A DNA stretch of 63,758 bases, counting the filler, from Octopus bimaculoides (lineage: Eukaryota), in the NCBI RefSeq assembly GCF_001194135.2. It is 6 parts of 6 records of this genome, joined end to end, with 100 filler letters (N's around TTAATTAATTAA, not from the genome) between each part and the next. Parts side by side here need not be neighbours in the genome. Positions count along the whole stretch, not along the records: positions 1 to 8,229 come from NC_068990.1; positions 8,330 to 22,000 come from NW_026435474.1; 4 more parts are not named here. One strand, 5' to 3'. Made by a program: the position numbers and the translations under genes. The stretch's first letter is position 1. Each line of letters begins with the position of its first letter. This document shows, piece by piece, positions 1 to 11,174 of the stretch. The notes under the pieces were generated by a model. The model worked only from the letters and a program-made list of their open reading frames with translations. It did no database searches and had not been told where the DNA came from.

Positions 1-99
1 ATCTTTCTTTCAGTCAGATAGAAGGGAATAACACCAATGACATCGGTAAAGAGGGAGAAAGGGCGAGAGAGAAAGAGAGAGAAAAACAATGAAAGAGAG

Positions 100-139
<40 letters not shown>

Positions 140-353
140 AAAAAGGAGCAAAGCAGTGGTAGAGAGAGAGAACGCGTGAGAGGGAGAGTAGGAGATAGCG
201 ACAGACTGTTAGAGAGAGAAAAGGAGAGACAGAGACAATCATCTGAATGAACAGATTATGATTGTTACACACACATACACAATATATACATATGAAAAAA
301 AATATATATATATAGATAGATAGATATATACATACATATATATATATATATAC

Positions 354-397
<44 letters not shown>

Positions 398-584
398 TTG
401 TATGTATATACTTACATATATATATATTTATATATGTATTTGCATATATATATATATATTTGTATATGGATATATATATACATATATATATATATATATG
501 AATTTATGTATACATATATATACATATATACGTCATACTATATATGTAGTACATTTCTATATATGCGTATATATATATATAGTA

Positions 585-634
<50 letters not shown>
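100..634. repeat. Microsatellite cluster (GA)n, then (TA)n/(TG)n up to an N gap
   Basis: Directly visible: (GA)n at ~100-135, mixed TA/TG runs 265-634; source of the spurious MCVCV/YIYI ORFs. Confidence 0.97.
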
Positions 635-815
635 NNNNNNNNNNNNNNNNNNNNNNNNNNNNNNNNNNNNNNNNNNNNNNNNNNNNNNNNNNNNNNNNNN
701 NNNNNNNNNNNNNNNNNNNNNNNNNNNNNNNNNNNNNNNNNNNNNNNNNNNNNNNNNNNNNNNNNNNNNNNNNNNNNNNNNNNNNNNNNNNNNNNNNNNN
801 NNNNNNNNNNNNNNN

Positions 816-886
<71 letters not shown>
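816..886. repeat. (CT)n microsatellite
   Basis: Directly visible, abuts N gap 635-815. Confidence 0.98.
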
Positions 887-891
<5 letters not shown>

Positions 892-1499
892 ACTCTATCT
901 CACTCTCAAACACTCTCTCTCCCATCTCACCATTTCTCCATCTTTCTCGCTCGGGCTTCCTAAGCTCACCCAACCCTTAACCATCTCCTCATATACTAAA
1001 AAGAAAAAGAGAAGGAACAGAATAAAGACAAATTTAAAAAGCCAAACTTCCTACCTACGATCTGCACTTACCTCCCTCCTCTAAGATACCTCTATCTCTC
1101 CGTATTCTCTTCCTGTCCAATGCAGACTTACCAAGCAATAATAAGTCAGTAACAATGATTCTAAATAAACATTGATCCTTGCAATCTTCTCCGTGTCTTC
1201 TCTTTCTTTTCCTGTCAGTGCAATGGCACAACAAGCTATGAGTGAAAACCTATTCTTCTTTTTATAATAATCATACTATATACCTTCAATCTTTTTATTC
1301 TTTCGTTTTGATTCTTTGTAGATTTTTTTTTTAAAGATTTTATTTTGGTGTTTTCCTATTTCTTTTCATTTCATCATTTTTTTTCTTTCTCCTAAATTTT
1401 TATCTTTTTGTCTGCTATACCTCGCTGTCACAGAGATTTGATTGTGCTGTAGAATGGTCATATGTTCGTAAAGAAGCAAAATCTAAGAGTCAAAAACAG

Positions 1500-2154
1500 T
1501 TGTTCAATGCGCTGTTAGAACTGTTTTCCCTTGACTCATTCGCTCAATCCGTGTCGCTGAAATGCAGGACACAGGATCGAATTACGGCTGAAGCTGTCTC
1601 GTTTGATTCAAATACATGTAGCTAAAATAGTAGATAAGGAGTTAAATTTTGCTGAAATGCCTCACTTCGTAATATAACAGATAAGGTATAAGTTCAATCA
1701 TGCTGAAAATTTCTAAATGTGAGAAATAGTGCAGGACAAAGAATCTAATTGCGGTTGAAGCAACCTCGTTTGGTTCAGATACTTGTAGCTGAAACAGTCG
1801 ACAAGGAATTTATTTTGTTTTAAAATCTACTGAAACGTCTCTCTCCGTAATATAACTAATCGATAGATTATAGGTTAAATCATGGTGAAGATTTTTTTAA
1901 AAAGTGTTAAATAGCGCAGAATAAAGAATCTAATTGCAGTTGAAGCTGTCTCGTTTGATTTGAATACTTGTTGCTGAAACAGTAGTCAATGAAATATTTC
2001 CATCTTTAATGTTAATGAAATCTCATACATTCTATCTCTCTTTCTTTCTCTTTCTCCCCCCCTCTCTCACTGTCATTAATAAGTTACACTTTCAATCATG
2101 CTGAAGATTTCTAAAAGAATGAAATAGGGCTAAGACTATACATGATTACAACCA
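1500..2154 (+). repeat. Degenerate tandem repeat, ~170-185 bp unit, ~3.5 copies
   Basis: gcagga(c/a)a.ag(a)at..aatt.c.g.tgaagc....cgttt motif recurs at ~1563, ~1731, ~1917; ttcaatcatgctgaa recurs at ~1694, ~1877, ~2091. Confidence 0.8.
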
Positions 2155-2639
2155 ACTAGAAATCATAAGTTTTAAAAGAAATTTAAGTTATGGGGTCTCT
2201 CAGCATCTTCCTCGTATTCCTTAATTTCAAATTCAAATTTCTAATCGTGCTTCTTATTATGATGGGAGTGGTTACTCCTTTGTATTAACGGCCATAGCCA
2301 GAGAGAACCACATGTACAGTTGAAACTGTTTCATTTTAGTTGGTCCTTTAACTGAGATGTTGGACAGAAGTTCGGATCTCAGTTAAGGTTGTGTCACCTT
2401 TTCATGTTATCAGTAAAAAGATAAAAATAGGGCATGGCTGTTTTCATTTCACTCAAACCTTGTAAGTGTAACATCCAACTGGAGTCCACTTAGCGTCAAA
2501 TCAGTCTACGAAACCTTTGGACCTATAACAATCACATTAGAGCTAGAATTCAAAAAATTGTAATTCAGAATTTTAAATTGTTTAATTAAATACGGTTAAT
2601 CAACCAATTTCACCGTTTACCACTCTTACAGAGAGTAGT

Positions 2640-2802
2640 AATATTTCCATCTTTAATGTTAATGAAATCTCATACATTCTATCTCTCTTTCTTTCTCTTT
2701 CTCCGCCCTCTCTCTCACTGTCATTAATAAGTTACACTTTCAATCATGCTGAAGATTTCTAAAAGAATGAAATAGGGCTAAGACTATACATGATTACAAC
2801 CA
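2640..2802 (+). repeat. Near-identical direct copy of 1993-2154
   Basis: aatatttccatcttt...catgattacaacca present twice (162 vs 163 bp), differing only in the C-rich tract. Confidence 0.95.
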
Positions 2803-4150
2803 GTAATATTAAAGATATATTTAATATATCGTTAATATATTAAAGTAATATATTAAAGATATTAATATATATATTAATATATATTTAAGAATTTAAGGAA
2901 TGGAGAAAACGCACGTTATATTTATGTATATGTATATGTATTTGTATGTATGTATGTATGTGCATGCGTGTGTTTACGTATGTATACATGTATGTATATG
3001 TATATGCGAATCTGTTTATTTGATTAGGTAATCGGCGTAGATGTATAGCTATGTGTATGTGTATGAGTCTATTTCTATTTATACATGTGTGTATATATAA
3101 ATGGATACATATGTGTATATGGGGACATGCACACATGTGTATATTTGTATATGCGTGGGTACGTATGTGCATATGTATAAATGTGGACGTATGAGTGTAT
3201 ATATATGTGTGTGTGTATATATATATATATGTATATACAAGTGCACATATGTATGTATATGTATATATNNNNNNNNNNNNNNNNNNNNNNNNNNNNNNNN
3301 NNNNNNNNNNNNNNNNNNNNNNNNNNNNNNNNNNNNNNNNNNNNNNNNNNNNNNNNNNNNNNNNNNNNNNNNNNNNNNNNNNNNNNNNNNNNNNNNNNNN
3401 NNNNNNNNNNNNNNNNNNNNNNNNNNNNNNNNNNNNNNNNNNNNNNNNNNNNNNNNNNNNNNNNNNNNNNNNNNNNNNNNNNNNNNNNNNNNNNNNNNNN
3501 NNNNNNNNNNNNNNNNNNNNNNNNNNNNNNNNNNNNNNNNNNNNNNNNNNNNNNNNNNNNNNNNNNNNNNNNNNNNNNNNNNNNNNNNNNNNNNNNNNNN
3601 NNNNNNNNNNNNNNNNNNNNNNNNNNNNNNNNNNNNNNNNNNNNNNNNNNNNNNNNNNNNNNNNNNNNNNNNNNNNNNNNNNNNNNNNNNNNNNNNNNNN
3701 NNNNNNNNNNNNNNNNNNNNNNNNNNNNNNNNNNNNNNNNNNNNNNNNNNNNNNNNNNNNNNNNNNNNNNNNNNNNNNNNNNNNNNNNNNNNNNNNNNNN
3801 NNNNNNNNNNNNNNNNNNNNNNNNNNNNNNNNNNNNNNNNNNNNNNNNNNNNNNNNNNNNNNNNNNNNNNNNNNNNNNNNNNNNNNNNNNNNNNNNNNNN
3901 NNNNNNNNNNNNNNNNNNNNNNNNNNNNNNNNNNNNNNNNNNNNNNNNNNNNNNNNNNNNNNNNNNNNNNNNNNNNNNNNNNNNNNNNNNNNNNNNNNNN
4001 NNNNNNNNNNNNNNNNNNNNNNNNNNNNNNNNNNNNNNNNNNNNNNNNNNNNNNNNTATATATATACATATATTAATATATGGCAGTAATATTAAAGATT
4101 TCAAGCGTAGACATAATATAAGCGATCCGGTGTGTTATTTATCTTATCTA

Positions 4151-4493
4151 CTAGCGTAGTACCCATCAAAATTAACGGGATGCAATTAATTATGGAATAA
4201 TTTATAATTTATATACACATAAATTTTAGTGTAAAAATATTTCGAAAAACTGAAAGAGAAGCGACTGGTTATAGATGTTACATTCATTTGATACATGAAT
4301 GCAAAATATCTTCCGGTTTTGGCAGTTTTCCTGATAATTATCAACACTCACTTCTTTCAAACTTTGTATTATTCTTTTCAATCTTCATTTTGTTTATCGT
4401 CCGTCAAATGTCATTCCTAAAACGCAACAGAACCAAACAACAATATAAATAAATGAATAAAGGTAACATGTGTTTTGGCCTTTTATATATAGA
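4151..4493 (-). mobile_element. Non-autonomous Helitron-like element (~343 bp)
   Basis: Minus strand starts TCTATATATAAAA (4493) and ends with hairpin CCCGTT-aatttt-GATGGG (4162-4179), 7 nt spacer, CTAG then T (4154-4150); matches the established Helitron TC...hairpin-CTAG signature, but the 5' flank is T rather than A. Confidence 0.55.
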
Positions 4494-4733
4494 AGTTTCA
4501 GGAGACGGTAATGAATACAAGTTATTTTATTCAACACAGAATTATTATTACACAAGATGATATATATTTCTTTATTGCCCACAGGGGGGCTAAACACAGA
4601 GAGGACAAACGAAGCGATTAAGTCGATTACATCGACCCCAGTGCTTAACTGGTACATATTCAGTGACAACAAGGGGTGTGTGTGTTTGTGTGTATGTATG
4701 TGTGTACATACATCTATACATATATATATGTAT

Positions 4734-4898
4734 ATTATTTACATTATCTACATTTGACGGATATTCGTCCTCATCTTGTTTGTTGTTAACACAACGTTTC
4801 GGCTGATATACCCTCCAGCCTTCGTCAGGTGTCTTGGGGAAATTTCGAACAAACAAGATGAGGACGAATATCCGTCAAATGTAGATAATGTAAATAAT
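4734..4898. mobile_element. Penelope-like terminal-repeat remnant in inverted configuration (perfect 51-bp arms 4734-4784 and 4848-4898)
   Basis: Arms are exact reverse complements; the 63-bp spacer holds a CTGACGA...GAAACGTT motif typical of PLE terminal repeats. Confidence 0.75.
4788..4833 (-). ncRNA. Minimal type I hammerhead ribozyme motif
   Basis: Minus strand GACAC-CUGACGA-A-GGCUG(GAGGGUAUAU)CAGCC-GAAA-C-G-U-U/GUGUU: stem I GACAC:GUGUU, 5-bp stem II, intact core, stem III reduced to palindromic ACGU, GUU cleavage triplet. Confidence 0.75.
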
Positions 4899-5854
4899 GT
4901 AAGTAATTCCTCATCTCTTAAATATAGAACTGTATATATGTATATGTATGTACATATATACACACACACACACACACACATGGGAATATGCATGTTTATG
5001 CGTGCGCGCGTCTGTGCATTCATGTGTATGCGTATGTGTGTGTGTATATGATGTACGTATATACTGTTCGAAAACCAGAATTATTTCACGTTGCGTCGAA
5101 TTTTAGAAATTATAACAACAATGTGCGTTTGTTTGTAGCTCCACATTCTCTAATGTGTCCTTCCTTTTATGGATGTGATTTGAGGGAGAGGCATACCCAC
5201 ACTATTCCAAACAGATCGAGTGACATCATTAAAGATTCTCTTGCTTGCTCAAAGAACTTTTAATTTAGACCTTGTGTATTAAAGAGTGAGGACATCGGTG
5301 GTTTCCCGTTCCCCAACTCCACTACCACCAATAACTCGCCTTACATTATCATTTTATTTATTTTATATCATTTCTATATTTATTTCTGATTTATGTATTT
5401 TTTTATTTACTCATTTTTTTTTAATTTTTTTTTACTGGTAAGTGAGGTTGGTAAGTTTAAGGGATTTGTAATTTTGGCAACTGTTAGTTCATTTGTTTTA
5501 TGCGGTGGTGCCTGGTTTCTTTGTTGAATATCATCCAATCCTTTATTTTTTTTTTTTGTGTGTGTATTTTATTTTAGATAGAAAAAAACCTAATCAATTA
5601 TATTTGTTTGTTAGAACAGTAAGTATAATAATAACCAAGCCCCACCCCCTTCTGTTGCCCTCATTTGTCTTAGGAATAAAAGATTATATTTTTTTTAAAT
5701 TGCATAAAATAATACACCAAGTTTCGTAGATTTTTCCCCTGTCTTTTATTTAATCTTTTATTTGTTTCCGTCTTTTGGTTGCGGTTATGCTGGTGCGCTG
5801 TGTTGGAGAATTCTTGCCCCAGTACTTAATTTTTTATTTTTTTATTTTGTAAAC

Positions 5855-6102
5855 CTGGGACTTACTCTATCAGTCTCTTTTGCCGAGCCGCTAAGTTACG
5901 GAGACGTAAACATATAAACACTGGTAGGGTAAATAGATAGATAGATAGATAGATAGATAGATTTCAGTTTCTGTCAACCAAATCCGCTCACAAGGCTTTG
6001 GTTGGTCAGAGGTTATAGTACAAGACACTTGCGTAAAATGCTACGCAGCAGGACTGAATCCGGAACCATGAGGTTGGGAAGCAAATTTCTTATCACACAG
6101 CC
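5855..6102 (-). mobile_element. tRNA-derived SINE, family A (split by a (TAGA)n run)
   Basis: Reverse complement of the 5' and 3' parts of the full-length copy at 40359-40770. Confidence 0.85.
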
Positions 6103-6271
6103 TCATATTATATGCAGAGTGGATGATCATAGGATGAGGCCACCCAATAAATAGAATTATTTCCAAGGTCTCCCCTACTTCATCAGCATCCCTTCCAAGA
6201 AAGGAGTGTAATGTAATAAAAAATAAAAGAACACAGGCAGAAAATTATATCTAAGAAATAGATATACGCGG

Positions 6272-6277
6272 ACTACA

Positions 6278-6312
<35 letters not shown>

Positions 6313-6315
6313 GAT

Positions 6316-6350
<35 letters not shown>

Positions 6351-6352
6351 TG

Positions 6353-6390
<38 letters not shown>
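6272..6390. repeat. Compound (ACT)n-(ATT)n microsatellite; further (ATT)n at 6590-6672 and 6860-6926
   Basis: Directly visible; source of poly-I/V/N ORFs. Confidence 0.98.
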
Positions 6391-6391
<1 letters not shown>

Positions 6392-6392
<1 letters not shown>

Positions 6393-6570
6393 GGGAGATG
6401 AACTGGCAAATCGTTAGCATGCCGGACAGAAGCTCTTGGCTATATTTATTCCGGCTCTTTACGTTCAAATACCACCGATGTGGATTTTGCCTTTCATTTT
6501 CTCTGGGTTGATAAAATAAGTATCAGTCTAGCAGTGGGGTGGATGTAATCGATTGTCCTTCTACACATAT
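6392..6570 (+). mobile_element. tRNA-derived SINE, family B
   Basis: actggcaaatcgttagcatgccgg...gttcaaat...ttttgcctttcat...gataaaataagta...gatgtaatcgat; homologous to copies at 40075-40262 and 41788-41880. Confidence 0.85.
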
Positions 6571-6589
6571 TTCACACCTTGTGGAAAGG

Positions 6590-6674
<85 letters not shown>

Positions 6675-6857
6675 CGTTTACATATTTGTTTTGCAAGATT
6701 TTTGATGAGGTCACAGAAGTGTGACGAAAGAACTCTGGCCGAAATAGGATTAATGTAATATAATGTAATATAAAGCTGAAGCAAATTAACACCAAATATA
6801 CAGTGCGTGTGTTTTTATTGGCTAAACTGGCAATATGACCGTCCCCAAGTACAACAA

Positions 6858-6926
<69 letters not shown>

Positions 6927-7174
6927 CATTGATGAGCGCATGTCATCTAAGTGACACTGGGTTACAAATATACGAAGCCCACTATACCCATCATGACTAC
7001 CTGTCTGATAATGGTACACCAGGCATATGCATCACAACCATATGTGCGCGACATGGTGATCTCATACCACGATAAATAGCGCATAGACCTTGCAGGTGGG
7101 ACCCAGTGAGAATTTTTTCAGGTTGAGTAGGCGATCCCGTTCAAAAGGTCCCTGAATAATGTTTGTTTTGTTTT

Positions 7175-7410
7175 AAGAATGATGAACAAAACATCCATAT
7201 TTCTAGAGGTGAATTATTCAAACCTCAAACAATTCCTCACAACACATGGTTATGATGCTTCCCCACTACTTCAACTTGTGATCAGAGATGCACATATCGT
7301 CAGCCACTAAGAGACATGCTCATCTAATTATGGTCAAGCAAACGACAAGTAAATATGTGTAGCTGAGCAGAATATTTGTTGTTGCCCATCTTTTTATAAA
7401 AAGACAAAAC
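7175..7410 (-). repeat. Dispersed repeat family D fragment
   Basis: caacacatggttatgatgcttccccactac...cagccactaagagacatgctca matches 58810-58900 and the reverse complement of 41530-41660. Confidence 0.75.
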
Positions 7411-7754
7411 GTGTTCATGATAACACTTCCAATCAGTTAAGACGGAAAACCATGACTGCCACTGCTTCGAACTTACTATTGCTTTGGTTTAGCTCAGGTT
7501 CGATCTTATTCCTGGTCGGATTTATGTGGTTGGCGGGTTACTACCAGTAACCTAAAGTATCTACACATTTTCAGCAGTCTTTCAAGTGCTTAGAATACTC
7601 CTGTTGAGTTATTATTATTATTATTATTCAGTAGTTTTATTTTTATAACGTGCTNNNNNNNNNNNNNNNNNNNNNNNNNNNNNNNNNNNNNNNNNNNNNN
7701 NNNNNNNNNNNNNNNNNNNNNNNNNNNNNNNNNNNNNNNNNNNNNNNNNNNNNN

Positions 7755-7789
<35 letters not shown>

Positions 7790-8229
7790 GAAGGAGATAT
7801 ATTTAAGAAGTGACAAAAAGTGGAGAGGAACCGACCTGTCTTTTTGACATGTTTTCTGTCTTATGTATGTATGTGGTCATAAACCTACATAAGAGACTCA
7901 ATGGATGAGTGCTTCGTACGTGACTTATATAGATGTGTGTTATCTGCACATCTGTAGAAACCTATGCATATAATATTGTATTGAATGCATATATATTTGC
8001 ATATCTAAATATACACATACATAGACAGATATGTAGGTGTATGTTTAACCCATTTAAACATATTTTGCATATTTCATCGGTAGATTAGGCTTATGAATAA
8101 CTGCACAAACTTACATACAAACATCACTCCTTCACTCTCTCTCTCTACCTCTGTATACGCACACACACGCATATACGTATATGTATATATGTATGTATGC
8201 ATGTATATATGTATATATATATATATATA

Positions 8230-8329
8230 NNNNNNNNNNNNNNNNNNNNNNNNNNNNNNNNNNNNNNNNNNNNTTAATTAATTAANNNNNNNNNNNNNNN
8301 NNNNNNNNNNNNNNNNNNNNNNNNNNNNN
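8230..8329. other. Artificial 100-bp scaffold join N44-TTAATTAATTAA-N44 (also 22001-22100, 50240-50339, 55492-55591, 62586-62685)
   Basis: Identical geometry five times; the palindrome has TAA in all six frames. Confidence 0.95.
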
Positions 8330-8938
8330 GTGTGTGTGTGTGTGTGTGTGTGGTCACATGTGTATCACCTGCACATGTGTTGAATTAAATTTCTGTGTTT
8401 AAAACATCTATAGCTATATACTGAAGGCTGACTTTGGGGAGTAGACAATAACTTCTGAGAGCAAAGTGTCAAACCCTTCAAAATTCTAAACAGCATTTAC
8501 ATGACTTCCATTACAGCAATAAGAAGAAACAACTCAGTCATATTTAGAATGAGTTAAAGTGTATACTGGTACCTATACAATAAAAGCCAAGAAACTATTA
8601 GTATACCAACACAATATTAGATTATATAGACCCCCCCCCAAAAAAAAAAGACTTAGGATATATCCACCAAGTTACTATAGCACAGTAAATGTTGTTGCTA
8701 GTGTTGTTATATAGTAAATATAATTGGGAATATTATTTCCATGCTCTTGGGAGATTCTGAAGAAGACTCAAGACAAATGCAGTAGAGTGTGACTCTTCTG
8801 CCTTTCCATTTAAACTGAGAGTCCCAGAAGCACATGTGCTTCACCAGACTCACATAGTACAAAGGGAAAAGATTCAAAGCATTGGTATAACGAGTGGTGG
8901 TGCTTAAAGATTTTTATGTTGTTTCTTTAAAGCAAAGG

Positions 8939-9175
8939 TTACTGCTGAAAAATGGTCATAGCTGTAAACCCATTCACAGTAATATCCCAAGAGATTAAAA
9001 CACTCGAATTTTGAGTGCTGCAGAGGAAAAGCAATATGTCTGATATTAGTTTGAAAGCAAAGAAATTCATTTTAAGTGCATTGCTCAAAAGCACAATGAA
9101 AAGTTCTAAGCACTTTTGACCTATATTACTGGGATCCTGTAATTTACCATCCAACAATTTCATTTCCCATATTAG
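8939..9175 (-). CDS. Candidate exon of an unknown gene (LIWEMKLLDGKLQDPSNIGQKCLELF...), weak
   Basis: Acceptor tttcacactttgtcag, 78 open codons in unique AT-rich DNA; no recognisable domain, no convincing donor. Confidence 0.25.
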   Translation of the reverse strand, partial: LIWEMKLLDGKLQDPSNIGQKCLELFIVLLSNALKMNFFAFKLISDILLFLCSTQNSSVLISWDITVNGFTAMTIFQQ

Positions 9176-10296
9176 CTGACAAAGTGTGAAATGTATTTAT
9201 GAATGAGATTCCTTGTTTAATGCGTATAAGTAGTGGAAATTAGAAATATTTTGATTAAATATGTTACATTAATTTCGGTATTGATGATGGGACAAACAGC
9301 AGAAGAGATTTAATTCCTATTTTTGAATGATGCAAGGTAGTGTAAATTCTATTTAGTCCTACAAAGAGGTCAAAGTTTCATATTTCAAATAGGGTTGTGG
9401 TGGAATTTGTGAGTCTATGAAGCTATAATTCTAGATTTAAATGTCACATAATATTGAAAGATTATGACAAAAATTTAATTATGAAGAGGAAAAAGGGGGG
9501 GGGAGAAAAAAATAGATCAATGGAATATATTTCAAGTATATTATGCAATGAATGAAAATAACTGGAAAAAAAGTTAAGCCTCAAAATAGCAGAGAGGAGG
9601 AGAGGAAAAGCTTTTGAAATTATATCAGGAAATGCAGTTTTGAGGAGATAAGCTATGAAAGAGGAAAAAGGAGTTAAAAAATACTGATATAATGAAACAG
9701 AGAAAGACATTAAAAAAAAAAAAGGCGGGGAATATAGTTTAAGAAAGTAAAATGGAAAAAAAATTATTGCCTGACATAAGAAAATAATCTAGCAGATTAT
9801 TCTGACTCAGAATACGATATTTCATGTAGTCACTGATTTATTAGCAGTCACAAACATGTACATAAAAGTTGCTTTCCTTAGTAGCTAACACATCATCTCC
9901 ATTAAGAAAGTTACTCTAAGTACCTTTTTCTTTAGACTTACATATCACACTTAGACATTCATTTTTATCTATTAATTCTTGCAATCAGAGATTATAACAC
10001 TTATGAAAGAATTACTTCAGTCTAATCTCAAGAGTGAAACATGTCTTAAAATGCTTAGTGAAAAGAGTAAAACAAAATTCAAATGCAATATTATTACGCA
10101 AACTGACAATACACTTTCATATGTATTTATTCCTTCTAAATGTACAGTATACAAAGTTTAGGCACCTTTCAAAGTTCTATCATTTTGCTTTCATTTTGAT
10201 ATTATTAGTTCAGCCACAACTTTAGCAGCTACCAAAAAAAAAATAAAAAAAGCTACAAAGCAATAAGTCCCGAGGAGAAAATATATATAGTTTTAC

Positions 10297-10320
10297 CAAC
10301 ATCCCTACAAGCCTCTACAC
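10297..10320 (-). CDS. Candidate 24-nt micro-exon (phase 1-1, GVEACRDV)
   Basis: Acceptor ttgttaccactgctcaaatttcag, donor G|GTAAAA; only one frame open. Confidence 0.3.
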
Positions 10321-10859
10321 CTGAAATTTGAGCAGTGGTAACAAAACAAACAGTAAAATGCTTCTAGAATCATTCTTCCATTTTTAGCAGAGCTAGTTGA
10401 GAATCAATGGGCCATTTATCTAGCAATTCGATATCATAGGTGTTCACAAAAATTTGTTTCTGTATCAACCACTCTTTACTTTTTGTTTGCCATAGTTCTG
10501 ATTCAAAGTTAAGATTAACTACACATGAAAGCTGTTAATATCTCAGAATCCATTGAAAAGTAGTAGTTTGGATGATGGTAAATATGAATGAGAAGATTCA
10601 GTGAAATCATTGTTTACCTTTGGAAGTCATTTTACAGCATGCCGGATGATGCTTACTCTAAAGAATGTGTGTCAGAATGCTATGAAGGAACATCTACAAG
10701 GAATACTTCATCTCTCTTTATAAAGTACTTTGACAAATCAATGGCAAAATCCCAGGGAGTTAGTAGAAACATTTGTTTTTAGAAAGCATTTGTTTTCTAA
10801 TCAATAGAGATCAAAATTAAAATAAAATGGTATGTGTGCAAGAGAGGGGAGAGAAAGAG

Positions 10860-10902
<43 letters not shown>

Positions 10903-10912
10903 NNNNNNNNNN

Positions 10913-10944
<32 letters not shown>

Positions 10945-11107
10945 AAGAGAGAGAGAGAGAACATGTACACATGCACATGCACTTGTGTGTCTATTGAAAC
11001 AACGTTTACCTTATGACTCAAATTTCAAGCCATTGTGAGTTTCAGGTGTGAACATTAGAGAGATGGATAACATACCTTCATATAAGCACATAATACATAT
11101 AAATGCA

Positions 11108-11146
<39 letters not shown>

Positions 11147-11174
11147 ATGCATGCACATTTATTTAATATACTGA

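Noticed and set aside
362-4159. Long ORFs of 200-394 aa in the ORF track (also 12608-13066, 50359-51272, 52887-53517)
   Set aside because: Made of TA/TG/CT microsatellite and N-gap translations
6150-6195. CTGATGA motifs on minus at ~6185, ~58260, ~58355 and on plus at ~41043 as hammerheads
   Set aside because: No stem II followed by GAAA and NUH in the right geometry
8274-8285. Palindrome TTAATTAATTAA recurring five times
   Set aside because: Always centred in N44-12-N44 blocks of exactly 100 bp with stops in all six frames: a scaffolding spacer, not biology. Adjacency across these joins is unverified.
10588-10782. Plus-strand 64-aa ORF and neighbours 9979-10225
   Set aside because: No convincing splice context or domain; length within chance expectation
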